Positions 1 to 10,603 of a DNA stretch of 64,000 nucleotides are shown here, piece after piece. Position 1 is the first letter of the stretch, and each line of letters begins with the position of its first letter. The notes under the pieces are model-generated. The model saw nothing but the letters and a program-made list of their open reading frames with translations, ran no database searches and had not been told where the DNA came from. The position numbers were made by a program, and so were the translations under genes. The DNA comes from Cyanophora paradoxa CCMP329 (taxonomy: Eukaryota > Plantae > Glaucophyta). The stretch spans positions 1 through 64,000 of the forward strand of contig QPMI01000662.1 of the NCBI GenBank assembly GCA_004431415.1, written 5' to 3'.

Positions 1-622
1 ACTGAAACATACATAGCAGCAAACAATGATATGATTAATAAGCTTTGCAGCCTACTAGTAGCAAACTATGAACTAAGAGAACCCTTAAAGGCTTACATTT
101 CATCCACTCTCACTACATCACCTCCTTTGGATGCCAATTGGTATCAGCTTGCAGATGATGCCTTTACTGCCTCATCCTCTGTGACAGGTAAAGAGCCTTT
201 CATGGCTAGACTTCAGCATTTGGCTGGGAAGCTGGAGCCTATGCTCCTGAACAGATATGGGAAACCCCACTGAATACCTTCAAGTTGCTTTCCCATATAC
301 TTTTGAACTCTCCTCTGTGATTGCCTATGGATCAGGGGACACCAATGCTTTTATTAAGACTTTCAATGTGGCAACATCCACTGATGGGATCAACTGGTCT
401 TTTATTCGATCAGATGGGCAAAACAAAATATATGTCTGTGAGAACATTAACAATGCTCACAACTCAGGTGATGTGGCTCTATTGAGTGGATTTCCTCTCA
501 GCATCAAGGATGCTTTTTACATAGGTTTTTCTCTCAGAATCAAATATATTCGCATTTATCCCCTTGTGTATGTGAATGCTCCCACAATGAGAGTTGACTT
601 TACAGGTGCCTTTATTCGATAA
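1..622 (+). CDS. F5/8 type C (discoidin) domain protein, 3' part, one frameshift near 260; possible virion/receptor-binding protein
   Basis: ORFs 31-273 and 257-622 join into a discoidin fold: LADDAFTASS..ARL, EYLQV, STDGINW, IKYIRIYPL, MRVDFTG. Confidence 0.75.
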
Positions 623-1536
623 ACTCCAACTGAAACGAATTATCGATTCCATTCATATCAATCAGTTCACCAAAGTAATCTTTAAACTCACTGTGAGTTC
701 CCTTATCACCAGGTTTCTGTCATTGATTGAATAATTCTGCATGTCACCACTATGGTAAACATAGCCACCTATATCTTTACTCAATTGCAATCTAAGGATA
801 GCCCCTGGTTTGTGGTTGCGATTTCGGAATTATATTGTGTCTGCTGGCAAAGGGGGACAGCTCTTTAATATGCATGTACAGATACTGCTCAGCATTCATA
901 TCAGACATCTTCCTGCTGTCAAAATAATATTGCAAGGGCTTTGAGGAGAGTCTGGGTCCTGAGAAGGTGATTCCCCATGCTGGGTGATCAGGTGTAATAG
1001 GTTTGCCATCATACTTTAAAAGGTTCTCAGGTCGATAGGGAGATCCACCAGCAGGAGGAGTGCTTATAATAACCATTGGTGTATTCAGTAGAACTCACAC
1101 CCAAAAGCTTCCCTATTCTCTGGTGCTTGCAATAAAACGAAACTCATGGTTACTGTAAAACTTCCACTTTTATAGGTAGTTGGGTTATAGAATATCTTGA
1201 ACTCAAAAGCTACTGTTTTGCCTGCAATGGTTTGGAAGCTTGAATAGTTCAGCCCATAATTATAAGGGTGTGTTACCCCAAAATGACCCTGGTTAATGTA
1301 GCCACTGGGAAGGGATACACTTTCTGTGTGATGATTTCATTGTATGAACCATCTTGGTAATTAAACTGAACTGTTAGATGATCAGTTCCCACACTGTTAT
1401 AGATACTGTTTGGAATCTCTGCATAAGAACCCTACATTCCTTGGTCTCTCTACTGGAGTTGTGAGAGTGACCCTGTAAGAGTTTTCATTTTGTCCTTGGC
1501 TTCTATCCCTGCTATCAATATAACAAGCCGGTTCAT
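612..1536 (-). CDS. Minor capsid (penton-like) protein A, frameshifted
   Basis: Manual translation across indels: N-term YIDSRDRSQGQNENSYRVTLTTP..AEIPNSIYN; C-term IRELTVSL-KDYFGELIDMNGIDNSFQLEFIE*. Both match PLV mCP terminal motifs. ORF 792-1076 is the middle. Confidence 0.7.
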
Positions 1537-1544
1537 TTTAATAT

Positions 1545-2573
1545 ATGAATATAGATAAAAGAAGAATGCTGTGGATTACATCGAGGTTAGCTCATTAATA
1601 CAATCTCTGGTGATGGTCCCACATCAAGCTTTGTGGCTAGACTCCCAAGTTCTTATGAGAATGTGAGGGCTGTGAGACTGGTATCAGCGAATTTTATAAC
1701 AGCATCCCTATGGTGAGTGGTGAAACCAAAGTTGGAGATGTGACAGTTGACAATGCATTTAGCATTTATTATTCTGAACAAACTCCTGGAGCTGGAAGCT
1801 CAGGAATTCCAACAGTTCGCCCAGCTGCTGACTATGAACAATGGAAAACAATTCATTATAAGTCGAAAACACCCCCATCCAAAGCCACCAACAACTGGTG
1901 AATGTAATTAACTCTAAATTCGAAGGCAGAAATCCCCAACCATCCATTCGCTGCAAATGGGATGAATCACTGAAACGAATATATTCCACTCAGCAGTACC
2001 ATTTTACTTGGCTTTCTCAGTAGCTGTGAACCCAAGCCAACAAAACAATCCAAAAGCTGTTGAGTTCAGTAGACTGCTGGGTCTTGATCCTGGAAGATAT
2101 GGTAACTCCCCAATCCAATCACAGGTCTATGATGCTCTCACTGATGGAATCTTTACTGGTTGGTCGAGTGAATGGCATTATATCTTCTTTTGAGCCTGAG
2201 AAGACCAGGGACAGTGTTTTGTTTGTGAGAGTAAAGGAGCTGGTGATCTGTGCAATGTGGGATGGTCTTCTGACTGGTTACTTCCATAAAATAGTGGTCC
2301 CTGACAAAGATTATGGTGAGCATGTAGTTTACAATTCGACAGAGGCTCATCCACTTTACAAATACTATAATAAGAAGGTTGGATTATCCACTTTCTCGGT
2401 TGATATTGTAAATGCTATTAATGAACCAATTGATTTTGAGGGTCAACCTGTTTCATCTGACCTTTGAAATTCGCTATGGTGATGAGCCAGCAGGAGACCC
2501 AGTTTATGAATACTTTAAGATGCGAATGTCACAGCTTCACCCTTCCTATCCAGTAATTACAAGCTTCGCATAA
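1545..2573 (+). CDS. Minor capsid (penton-like) protein B, frameshifted
   Basis: N-term DYIEVSS..TSSFVARLPSSYENVRAVRLVSANF-YNSIP; C-term LFVRVKEL..LSTFSVDIVNAINEPIDFEGQPV-HLTFEI. Pieces appear as ORFs 1710-1901, 2008-2193 and 2060-2467. Confidence 0.7.
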
Positions 2574-2626
2574 ATTAAGGATCATTGGTAGATTTTTTAT
2601 GTGCAGTATAATAAAAAGAGATAATC

Positions 2627-3981
2627 ATGGATATCACTTCCACTCTTCAAAGACTTTCGCTGAAAGAAGCCCTAACAACCCCAGAGGAGGCGAAAGCCTT
2701 TTTCCTGGATAACTCCCTTATGCTTGGACTCGAATCCAAGTCTAAGCCAGTTCTAGTTGTTGTGAATCCCAGCAATACTTTTGAGAATAATGTTGGAAAT
2801 CGCATTTCTTCAAGCTACCTCGCTACAATTTTCTGTGGAAAACTCGAACTTGCTTTCGACCTACAAAATCACTTTTGCTGGTGAAGATCTAGTTCGCAAT
2901 GGATACACTCGCCCAGTTGTGCTTTAGTTCAGCGACTTGAAATTACCTATGGATCTTACACCTACCACATCCCTCTGATTTCCTTGCTCATTTCCCCTGG
3001 TCTATTATTCGGAGGATCAACTAGCTAAAAAGAAACGCTCAATGGCATGGTTCATGTATCCTGCTCATGGAACCAACCGACTTGGTGGCTCATTCTTTGT
3101 TGAAATCCCAGTGCCTTGGCTAAATCACTATCTTCCCCTTGGTGCTTTATCTGGTGAAATGTTGTTACTGTTTGGTTTAAGGATGCTGGAAAGGGTTATG
3201 TTGAAACTTCCTATGGTGGTCGCTCTCTCCTGTTGTTGGTGGGACAGCTGCTGATAAGACAGAAGATGATGGTCTTGGTGATACTGCTAATGCTACACTT
3301 GCCCATGTTGGTCAAAACATCACCACTTTCAGTCTTGGTGCAACAACCCCTGCTATTTCAATTACTTCTCCTCGCCTTTACATGCATGCTATTAATGTTC
3401 TGATGAGCTTTTCGCTACTGTAATTGAAAAAGTAAAGACTACTGCATGGCTATTCCCTCCCTTGATATTGGATTTGTAGATGCCATTGCTTTCCCTGCCA
3501 AGGGCAATGCCCAGCCCAATCGAATTAACCTCTCTCAAATCTCAGGTCTTGTCTATGCTCTGCTTGTTTCAGTTCGTGATTATGAGACTGTTGACAAATC
3601 CAATGGCTCCCACAGTGTTCTTAAGACCTATGCCAACTCCAAAGAGATAACATTCACAACTGAAATAAATGGACAGCGACTTTTTGCCACTGAGCCAATT
3701 TCTCTACTCAAAGGAGCTGAGCTAATTGCTGATGCCTTCAAATGCTCTAACATGGATAAGGTTGCAGATAAATATGTCCTTTCAGACTCCCATTCTGCCT
3801 TGATGGAGAAAAGGCAATTCGAAATATTGCTCAAAGTGGATTTGTAGACCTGACTAATTCCTCATCTTCATTCCTCACACTCTACATGCCCACAGATAAG
3901 ACAATCAATGTTCAAGTTCGCGCTTTAATGCATAGTTTCCTCATTATAGACGGTTCAGGTGTTCGTAGAATCAATTTATAG
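2627..3981 (+). CDS. Major capsid protein (putative double jelly-roll), frameshifted
   Basis: About 450 codons between mCP and ATPase; pieces include FFVEIPVPWLNHYLPLGAL, ITSPRLYMHAI, RINLSQISGLVYALLVSVR and C-terminal INVQVRALMHSFLIIDGSGVRRINL*. Size, position and beta-strand pattern fit a PLV MCP. Confidence 0.65.
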
Positions 3982-4040
3982 ACCATATTCAGTCTCCCTG
4001 CATTATTTTTATCTGTCTTTATTTAGGAAGATCTACAACA

Positions 4041-4734
4041 ATGCAAGATTTAGAAGAGTTTAATGTTTCTGAAATGATAAAAGGTGTTTTCAGAGCCATT
4101 TTATAGGCAAAAGTTGTACGGGAAAAAGCGAATGTGTAAAGTATTGGTTTAAAGCAATACATGATGCCAAAGTTATTGATGTTGTCCTAGTTGTGAGTGG
4201 GACCAGCTTTAATCATTTCTGGAGAGAGGTTGCAACAGTAGAACTTGGTAAATGGGATGCTGGTTACATTTCAAAGCTTTTGGATGAAAGGCAGGAGAAA
4301 ATCGAAAAAGGTGAACCTGTGAACCACATGTGTGTTGTTTAGATGATTTAATTGATAATGAGATAATTGATTTAACCAGAGACAAGGTGGTGTCATCTCT
4401 GTACAGTAGGGGCAGACACTCGAAAATATCCATTATCTGCATTACACAGAAACTCAGAAAAGTCTCTTCCACTATTCGAGTTAATTCTGATTATGCTGTT
4501 TTCCTGAGTGCTGCTAATCGCAAAGAACTTGAAGCCATAGAGGAAGAATACAATATAATGCGAAACAAGGAGGACTTTTACAAAATGTTTGAAGAATATG
4601 TCCACTCCTATCAGTATATCGTTTGGTCCTCTGCTGGCTACTCAGTTAAATACTTTGTAGATAAAGCTGAGCTTGTCAAAGACTTCCCATTTCCTCGCTT
4701 CCACAGAAAGCCAAAAAGAAAGAAGATGAACTGA
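4041..4734 (+). CDS. A32/FtsK-HerA family genome packaging ATPase, frameshifted
   Basis: Walker A GKSCTGKS (about 4107-4130), Walker B LDDL, and A32 signature YSRGRHSKISIICITQ..IRVNSDY. Confidence 0.9.
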
Positions 4735-4847
4735 AACCACCAGAGAAAGAGGAAGCCCCAAAGAAGTGAAAAGCCAAGTCCATAGCAATAAATTGATGCG
4801 ATATAAACGCGGTTTATAAAATTATCTCTCATTCTAATAAAGATACA

Positions 4848-5578
4848 ATGCCTCCCAAACGAAAGATAGGGATCCCAGCTGGGGCTGTTGGCTATTCAGG
4901 TGGTGGAAACAATGGATCTATTAACACTGAACCAATGAAATTCAATGTATGAACGAAATCAAACCCTCACAACCCCAAGAAGACCCCTTAATGCTGCCTA
5001 TGAGGAATCAGTCGATGACAAAGCCCCACAAAGTTCAACTGCTGACCAACTGAACATTTCCCCTGAGACAGCAAAGATGAAGTCTGTTGCTGAGGGTGCC
5101 AGGCGAATTATTGGGGCTGCTGATGACAAAGGTTTAGGCTTGCAAGATCTTTCACTGGCTCGCAAAGGTGAGGGTCTTAGTAAGGAATCAGACAAGGTAA
5201 TTCAGTCTATGGCTGGTGAAGTCACATACAAGACTGCTCCCACTCAAAATATTCATCGAATTCCAAGGCTCAATGGATGAGATGACTGCTAAACTCAAAG
5301 ATCTGGAAGCCAAATCAAGTGCCTTGGAGCAGTATGTTACTGAGAAGAAAGAGAGAGCCAAGCTAAAGGAGATGCTTCGAAAGGAAGTTTATAAAATGGG
5401 AATCACTGGTGTCCCAGATAAACAGTTTATTGCTAAGAAAGAGAACCAAATCGATGAGCAGGCAGTAGATGAAATGAAAACAAAAACCCAAAAGGGAACC
5501 ATTGAACCTGGTGCCACCAAAGCTGAAGTAGAAAAGGGAGTTGCCCCAACAGTATATAAAAGACGAGTTTGGCTTTAA
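4848..5578 (+). CDS. Hypothetical viral protein (charged, coiled-coil), frameshifted
   Basis: ATG at 4848 (MPPKRKIG) continuing into ORFs 4945-5280 and 5216-5578; preceded by the same AT-rich leader as the structural genes. Confidence 0.45.
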
Positions 5579-5856
5579 TTTTCTCTGTTTTATTAGAGAT
5601 ATGGACATAATACGAAAGTTCTTCGAGATGTTCAGTCTGCATGTGGTGAGCAATTGCCACAGTGGATGTTGTGAGACAACAGTGGAGTTTGAGATGTCAG
5701 ATAATGAGGATAATGCCTCAGAAGCAAGAGAGAGAAGGAGATCAACAGTTTCTGTGGAGTCAATGCCAGCAGACCCCACAGAGTATACATATGAGCAACA
5801 GGAGTATCCAAGGAGAAGTTCTTTGCCAGGCGAAAACGTTTTCTCAGCAAATATTA

Positions 5857-6102
5857 ATGGAGGATACAATTAGTTTGATCGAGTTTACTAGTGATGAGCC
5901 TTTAACTGAGGGTGCTATTAGACACATTCTAGCAAAGCAGAAACGATATAGAGAGGACCCAGCATATAGAGAGTATAAGAAACAACAAGCCCTGGCATCC
6001 TATTATCGCAGAAAAGCCCAAAAAGAGGAGCAGAGACCCAGAGGGAGACCGATTAAATATTATTTGCCTACTGATAGTAGCAATGGACCCCCAGGTCTAT
6101 AA
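5857..6102 (+). CDS. Small basic protein with AT-hook-like RPRGRP motif
   Basis: MEDTISL..QKRYREDPAYREYKKQQALASYYRRK..RPRGRPIKY. Confidence 0.5.
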   Translation: MEDTISLIEFTSDEPLTEGAIRHILAKQKRYREDPAYREYKKQQALASYYRRKAQKEEQRPRGRPIKYYLPTDSSNGPPGL

Positions 6103-6189
6103 GATAATTGAGAAAAAGCGGTCTCAGTATGCTACTGAGGCAGCTATAAAAATATATACAAAGGAATTGGCTTTATACTTGCAATCAAG

Positions 6190-6411
6190 TCACAGATAAG
6201 TTTTGTAAATATGCTTTTGTTGTTTTTTGTTTGCATTCTCAGACACTGAAACAGTAATGTGAATGTTTACTGATCTATTTCTCTTTGGTTTAGCTGCATA
6301 CATATTGTAACCTATCAATCTCTGTGACATTTCGATATATGCCCCTATATCTCCATGCTTTATGCATTTATCTAACTCAGTCATGGTCATCTCATCAAGA
6401 GTCTTTGCCAT
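6190..6411 (-). CDS. Small hypothetical viral protein
   Basis: MAKTLDEM.. ORF preceded by the shared ACTTAAG..TATA upstream motif. Confidence 0.4.
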   Translation of the reverse strand: MAKTLDEMTMTELDKCIKHGDIGAYIEMSQRLIGYNMYAAKPKRNRSVNIHITVSVSENANKKQQKHIYKTYL

Positions 6412-6478
6412 TTTGTCTTCACTATACACAATCAAGTAAGCCTTAAGTATTCTTGTCAAATTTTGGTCATTTTCGATA

Positions 6479-6599
6479 GGTGTGACAGGTGTGACAGGTG
6501 TGACAGGTCTATCCCATCGATTTTGAAAATCAACTTTTCACCAGGGCTTTCCTTGGGATGGACCTGTCACACCTGTCACACAAACCATTTTCAGTAAGG
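6479..6599. repeat. Iteron hairpin 1 (putative replication origin or terminal repeat)
   Basis: (TGTGACAGG)x3-TCTATCCC-39 nt-GGGATGGA-(CCTGTCACA)x2-CAAACCATTTTCAGTAAGG, directly downstream of the primase-helicase. Confidence 0.9.
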
Positions 6600-6640
6600 C
6601 TATAAAAATATATGTAAATCTCAATCATTAATCGTTTTCT

Positions 6641-8967
6641 TTAATATTCGGCATCATCTTCATTGTCTTCCTGAACCCTTGTTATCTTTCGAATCCCAAT
6701 ATATCCTCTGGCAAGAATACCATTAACTCGTTTTCTTTCTGATTTAACATTGAAGATCTCCCTTACTCTTTTCATAACAGATACACATTCAACTTTATCA
6801 TCAACACTTTTGTATGATTTGTAAATGATATCACTGGAAACAAAGTCGTTAGCATTATGTGTAACCTCGAAATTATCTCGAAGCCATTCACCAATCTTAT
6901 CATTTTCAGCTATAAAGTTAATTCCCTGTTCAATAATCGATTGAGGGGGACTTCTTAAGATCTCTTCAACCTCTTTGTTCTTCCACATATCCAGTAATAT
7001 CTTCATGTGAGCCATCTTATACTCATCATCATTGTGTAGAAGTGTGAACAGAGTTGGGTCAGCTTTCTTTTGACCAGCTTCTGGCTTCTCTCTGAATATA
7101 TTATTGAATCTCTGATAGGAAAGTCTTCTTTGAATTGCAAAGTCTGGTTTATTTATAGTCAAATTGTCATTAGTTGTAATGTAGACCTGAAACATTGGGT
7201 AAGGATAACTGGGTCTTTGAACAAGGCTCTCACAGTCATTTCATTTCCACCTGTGACCTCCTTAATCTTGGAGATCTGCAGTTTATCACCATCTTCAGCC
7301 TCATTACTGAATACAAGTCGCTTTCCAAGGAGTTTGGCAAGTTCAGGAGTAGCCTCTGATGAGTTCTTTTTAGGCTTAGTCCAATAGGATATTTCGAGAG
7401 GGCTGTAATAGCGACCAGATATCTGTTTGCAGTATTCCTGAACAAGTGATTTACCATTAGCACCAGCACCAGTCCACATATAGAACTTCTGGGATTTAGT
7501 TGATCCACTAAGGGCAATTGCAATGGATGCCAGAAGATACTTTCGCTCTGCTGGATCATCCACAATCTCTTTATAAATCTGATTGAGATGCTCTATTTTC
7601 TTGGGGTCTACATTCTCAGTATAATCATAACCCACAGTCTTACTCACCATATCTTCCAGTTTACCCTTTCTGAAAGTCATAGTGGTCAGATCAAATACAC
7701 CATTTTCGAATCCAATCACATATGGAACTGTGTCAATCTTCTCAAAGAATTCATCATCATTCAGCAGTGGGACCAAGTCAGTCAGAAGGGATTTGCGAAA
7801 TCCTGATTGTTTAAGATTTTTGGCAATGGTCATCAATGTTTTGGATCTTTCTTCGAAAGCTGCTTTGTTTTCCTCATCCTTTAAAGCTCTTTGACTATAA
7901 TGCACAGCCCTCCCAAGGTATTGGGGGACAACAAGACGGCTTATATCTAGGTAAATCTTTAGGTTTGTGTCATCAAGCTCCCAAATCCCAGTATCAGTAT
8001 TGAGTTTGAACCATGACTTTTTGGAGTATCTCCAAGTGTGTTTAAGAACCTCTTTGCATACTAAACTCACATCATAATGAGCGCCACCAGAACCAGCGGA
8101 TTTATCTATAAGATTAAAGATATCAGATTGCATTCCAATGCAGATGAATCGTTTTTTGCAATTTCCACTGTAGCTTGACACAATGTATTTGTTATCATCT
8201 CCTTTAGCTTTCATAACAAACCAGTTATTCGATTCATGTGAACCATTGCAGCATGGGCAATTGAGTCCCTTGTTAGCAGCATCAAAGTTAAAGCCAAGTT
8301 CAGTTTTAGAGATTATATTGGGATGCATAAATCCCATATCCACCAGCTCTTTGATAATATTGTTTTCCAGTTCATCATATGAGGTAGCATTAGCAGTATA
8401 CTCACTCTTATAGATGTAATTATCTATAATCCACTTTTTGAAGTCATCAGTAGGCTCATTGAAATCACAGGTATCATCCCATGGGGAGATCACCCAAGCC
8501 TTGTTGACACTGGGACAAACATTAATTAATCCAGAAGTTCCAGTTCCAGTGATTGTTTTCAGGTCAACCTTTTCAAAGCCTTTAAAGCCTGGAGCCTTAT
8601 CGGTGATTTTGAGTTTAGTGAACTCCTCAGGTCGTTTAAAGTAGACATGATAGCCTTTTTTAGTTTTTGCCATGGGCTGATTGGCATCAAAGTCATCAGG
8701 AAACATATCCCGGAATTTGTCAAAGTCCTCCTCATCATCAAAGTCAATAACCATCATGTTGTCTGAGAGCAGAATGCCCCAAGATACATACTGATTAGTT
8801 GCCAGCGCTTCCTCATACTTTTCCCAGGACCAAGCACCTCCCTTATGCTTGAAAACAGGGTCTTTGCTGTCAGGTTTCACTGGGATAATCATGTTTTTGG
8901 CTAGATCCTCATCAGATCTGAGCCAGTTAGCGAGCGATTTGAGCGATTTAGTCTGTTTGGCGTTCAT
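6641..8967 (-). CDS. Prim-Pol (bifunctional primase-polymerase) + Zn finger + D5-like SF3 helicase; one frameshift near 7200
   Basis: IIPVKPDSKDP, MMVIDFD, TKKGYHVYF, INVCPS (Prim-Pol); CPCCNGSH; Walker A GAGANGKS, GKRLVFSNE, IKEVTGG, then ITTN..AIQRRL in ORF 6641-7195. Confidence 0.9.
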
Positions 8968-8974
8968 TTTCAGC

Positions 8975-9037
8975 GATTGGGGGTCCCTTTTATATATATA
9001 GAAGATTTTTCTTTAAGTAGTTTTGGGTCCCCCAATC
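8975..9037 (-). promoter_or_regulatory. Primase-helicase promoter bracketed by a 13-bp inverted repeat
   Basis: GATTGGGGGTCCC (8975-8987) and GGGTCCCCCAATC (9025-9037), 1 mismatch, enclose the minus-strand ACTTAAAG..TATATATA motif shared with neighbouring genes. Confidence 0.55.
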
Positions 9038-9180
9038 ATTTTTTGTTGGAAATCGAGAAAGTATCCCTACGAAATTTATCCACATGATATATCGAGTGGT
9101 TTAGATACAAAAAGGATGAATGGGTATTTCAGCGAATAAACAGCATATCCCCAGCCTAGTAATATGCTGGGAAAAATAAT

Positions 9181-9435
9181 TTAGACATGTTTCAATTTTC
9201 TCCCTCTATTTGAGTAAGGGACATCATACAAATACTTGACAAAGCAGACTGCATTGGCTGCATACTTTCGCTGACATGAACTTGCTATTTTCATTGCTCT
9301 ATAGGTATCATCGGTTTGATATAGATCTCTAAGCTGTGTGGCTATTTTTTCGTTAAACTTTTTGATTTGAGCCTTACCTTTTTCAGTTTGCTGGTACCTC
9401 TTCATAGCTCTCTTCTGGGCTTCACTGAGTGGCAT
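9181..9435 (-). CDS. Small basic helical viral protein
   Basis: MPLSEAQKRAMKRYQQTEKGK; shared upstream motif; CCCAGC/GCTGGG hairpin just downstream. Confidence 0.6.
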   Translation of the reverse strand: MPLSEAQKRAMKRYQQTEKGKAQIKKFNEKIATQLRDLYQTDDTYRAMKIASSCQRKYAANAVCFVKYLYDVPYSNRGRKLKHV

Positions 9436-9472
9436 TTTTCCTCTGTCTCTCTTAATATATATAGAGAATTCT

Positions 9473-10123
9473 TTAAATCATTTTTTGTTTTGTGGTTTCT
9501 GGATATTTCTTTGAACAATATGTAAGCAACATTTCTTCAAACTCCTCAGGGCTTGCATGTTGTTTGCAATCACATGTTGCTGATGGCACAGGAAAGACCT
9601 TTGGGCAGATTGGCTTTTTACAATCACATTTGTACATGTGGTATTCATTGTGTTTGCGATCACTGAACATTTTGATGACATCATTCGCAAAATTTGTTTT
9701 TAAACTTTCATATTTTTTCCAATGGAGCCTATCACACAACGGAATATAATTATAGAACTGATTTGCATCCGTCAAATAATGACAAAGACCAAGATCATAG
9801 AAATCATCTCGAAACCAGACCTTGCAGATGAGTTGTTCAAGAGGTTTTGTGTGTGAAATCCTTGCAATGTATGAAAGAAATGAATATTCACACCTGCAAA
9901 GAGGACATGATATGCAATAGTTGCTCTCTGCAAGCATCATTTCTGGGTATCCTTCAAACTGTCTGAAAGCTTTTTGTGCGCAGCAGTAGAACAGGGATAC
10001 CTCATTAGAGTCATGAACCTTATATATATACTTTATAATGCAGGCTTCACAAAAGAAATGCTCACAAGCAAGCTCAATGATTGTATTCCTTTGAATAGTT
10101 TTGAAACAGATTGGGCAGGACAT
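9473..10123 (-). CDS. RING finger protein
   Basis: CPIC..CEHFFCEAC..(insert)..CPLCR, a C3HC4 pattern. Confidence 0.75.
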   Translation of the reverse strand: MSCPICFKTIQRNTIIELACEHFFCEACIIKYIYKVHDSNEVSLFYCCAQKAFRQFEGYPEMMLAESNYCISCPLCRCEYSFLSYIARISHTKPLEQLICKVWFRDDFYDLGLCHYLTDANQFYNYIPLCDRLHWKKYESLKTNFANDVIKMFSDRKHNEYHMYKCDCKKPICPKVFPVPSATCDCKQHASPEEFEEMLLTYCSKKYPETTKQKMI

Positions 10124-10173
10124 CTTTGATATATCTATATAGAAGATATTTCTTTAAATCATTTTTTTGTTGC

Positions 10174-10491
10174 TCAGCCAAATGTAATTGTTTCAACATC
10201 ACATGCATTGTAGTCCAGAATGTTGAATAAGGTGAACTCTGGATACTGTAATGTGTTTCTACAGAATGGGCATTTTGTATTCCCGACTATTTCCTCTTGC
10301 TGTTTCATGCATCCTATACAGACTGTCTTGAAGCATTGATCACATACAAACTGATCATAGCTAGTCTCATCACATTTACATAAACTGCATAGAATGCGTT
10401 TATATTCTGAGTTTTCACAGGTTTCATTTCTTTCTTTAATACTTCTCATGATGGCTGAAATACTAAGCGTTCTTTGACCGTCCGGATTCAT
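10174..10491 (-). CDS. RING-like zinc finger protein
   Basis: From MNPDGQ: CSLC..CDQCFKTVCIGC..CPFCR; shared upstream motif at 10508-10545. Confidence 0.7.
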   Translation of the reverse strand: MNPDGQRTLSISAIMRSIKERNETCENSEYKRILCSLCKCDETSYDQFVCDQCFKTVCIGCMKQQEEIVGNTKCPFCRNTLQYPEFTLFNILDYNACDVETITFG

Positions 10492-10603
10492 TCTTGCTAT
10501 TTGGCTTCTATATATATACAATATAAAATTTCCTTTAAGTATTTTCGCGTTTGGAATATCCCCATTTAAAACCTCCCCTTTTATTAGGAACAAGTTAGGA
10601 ACA

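Noticed and set aside
6479-6599. CRISPR-like array
   Set aside because: The 9-bp units are contiguous and inverted, with no spacers and no cas genes.
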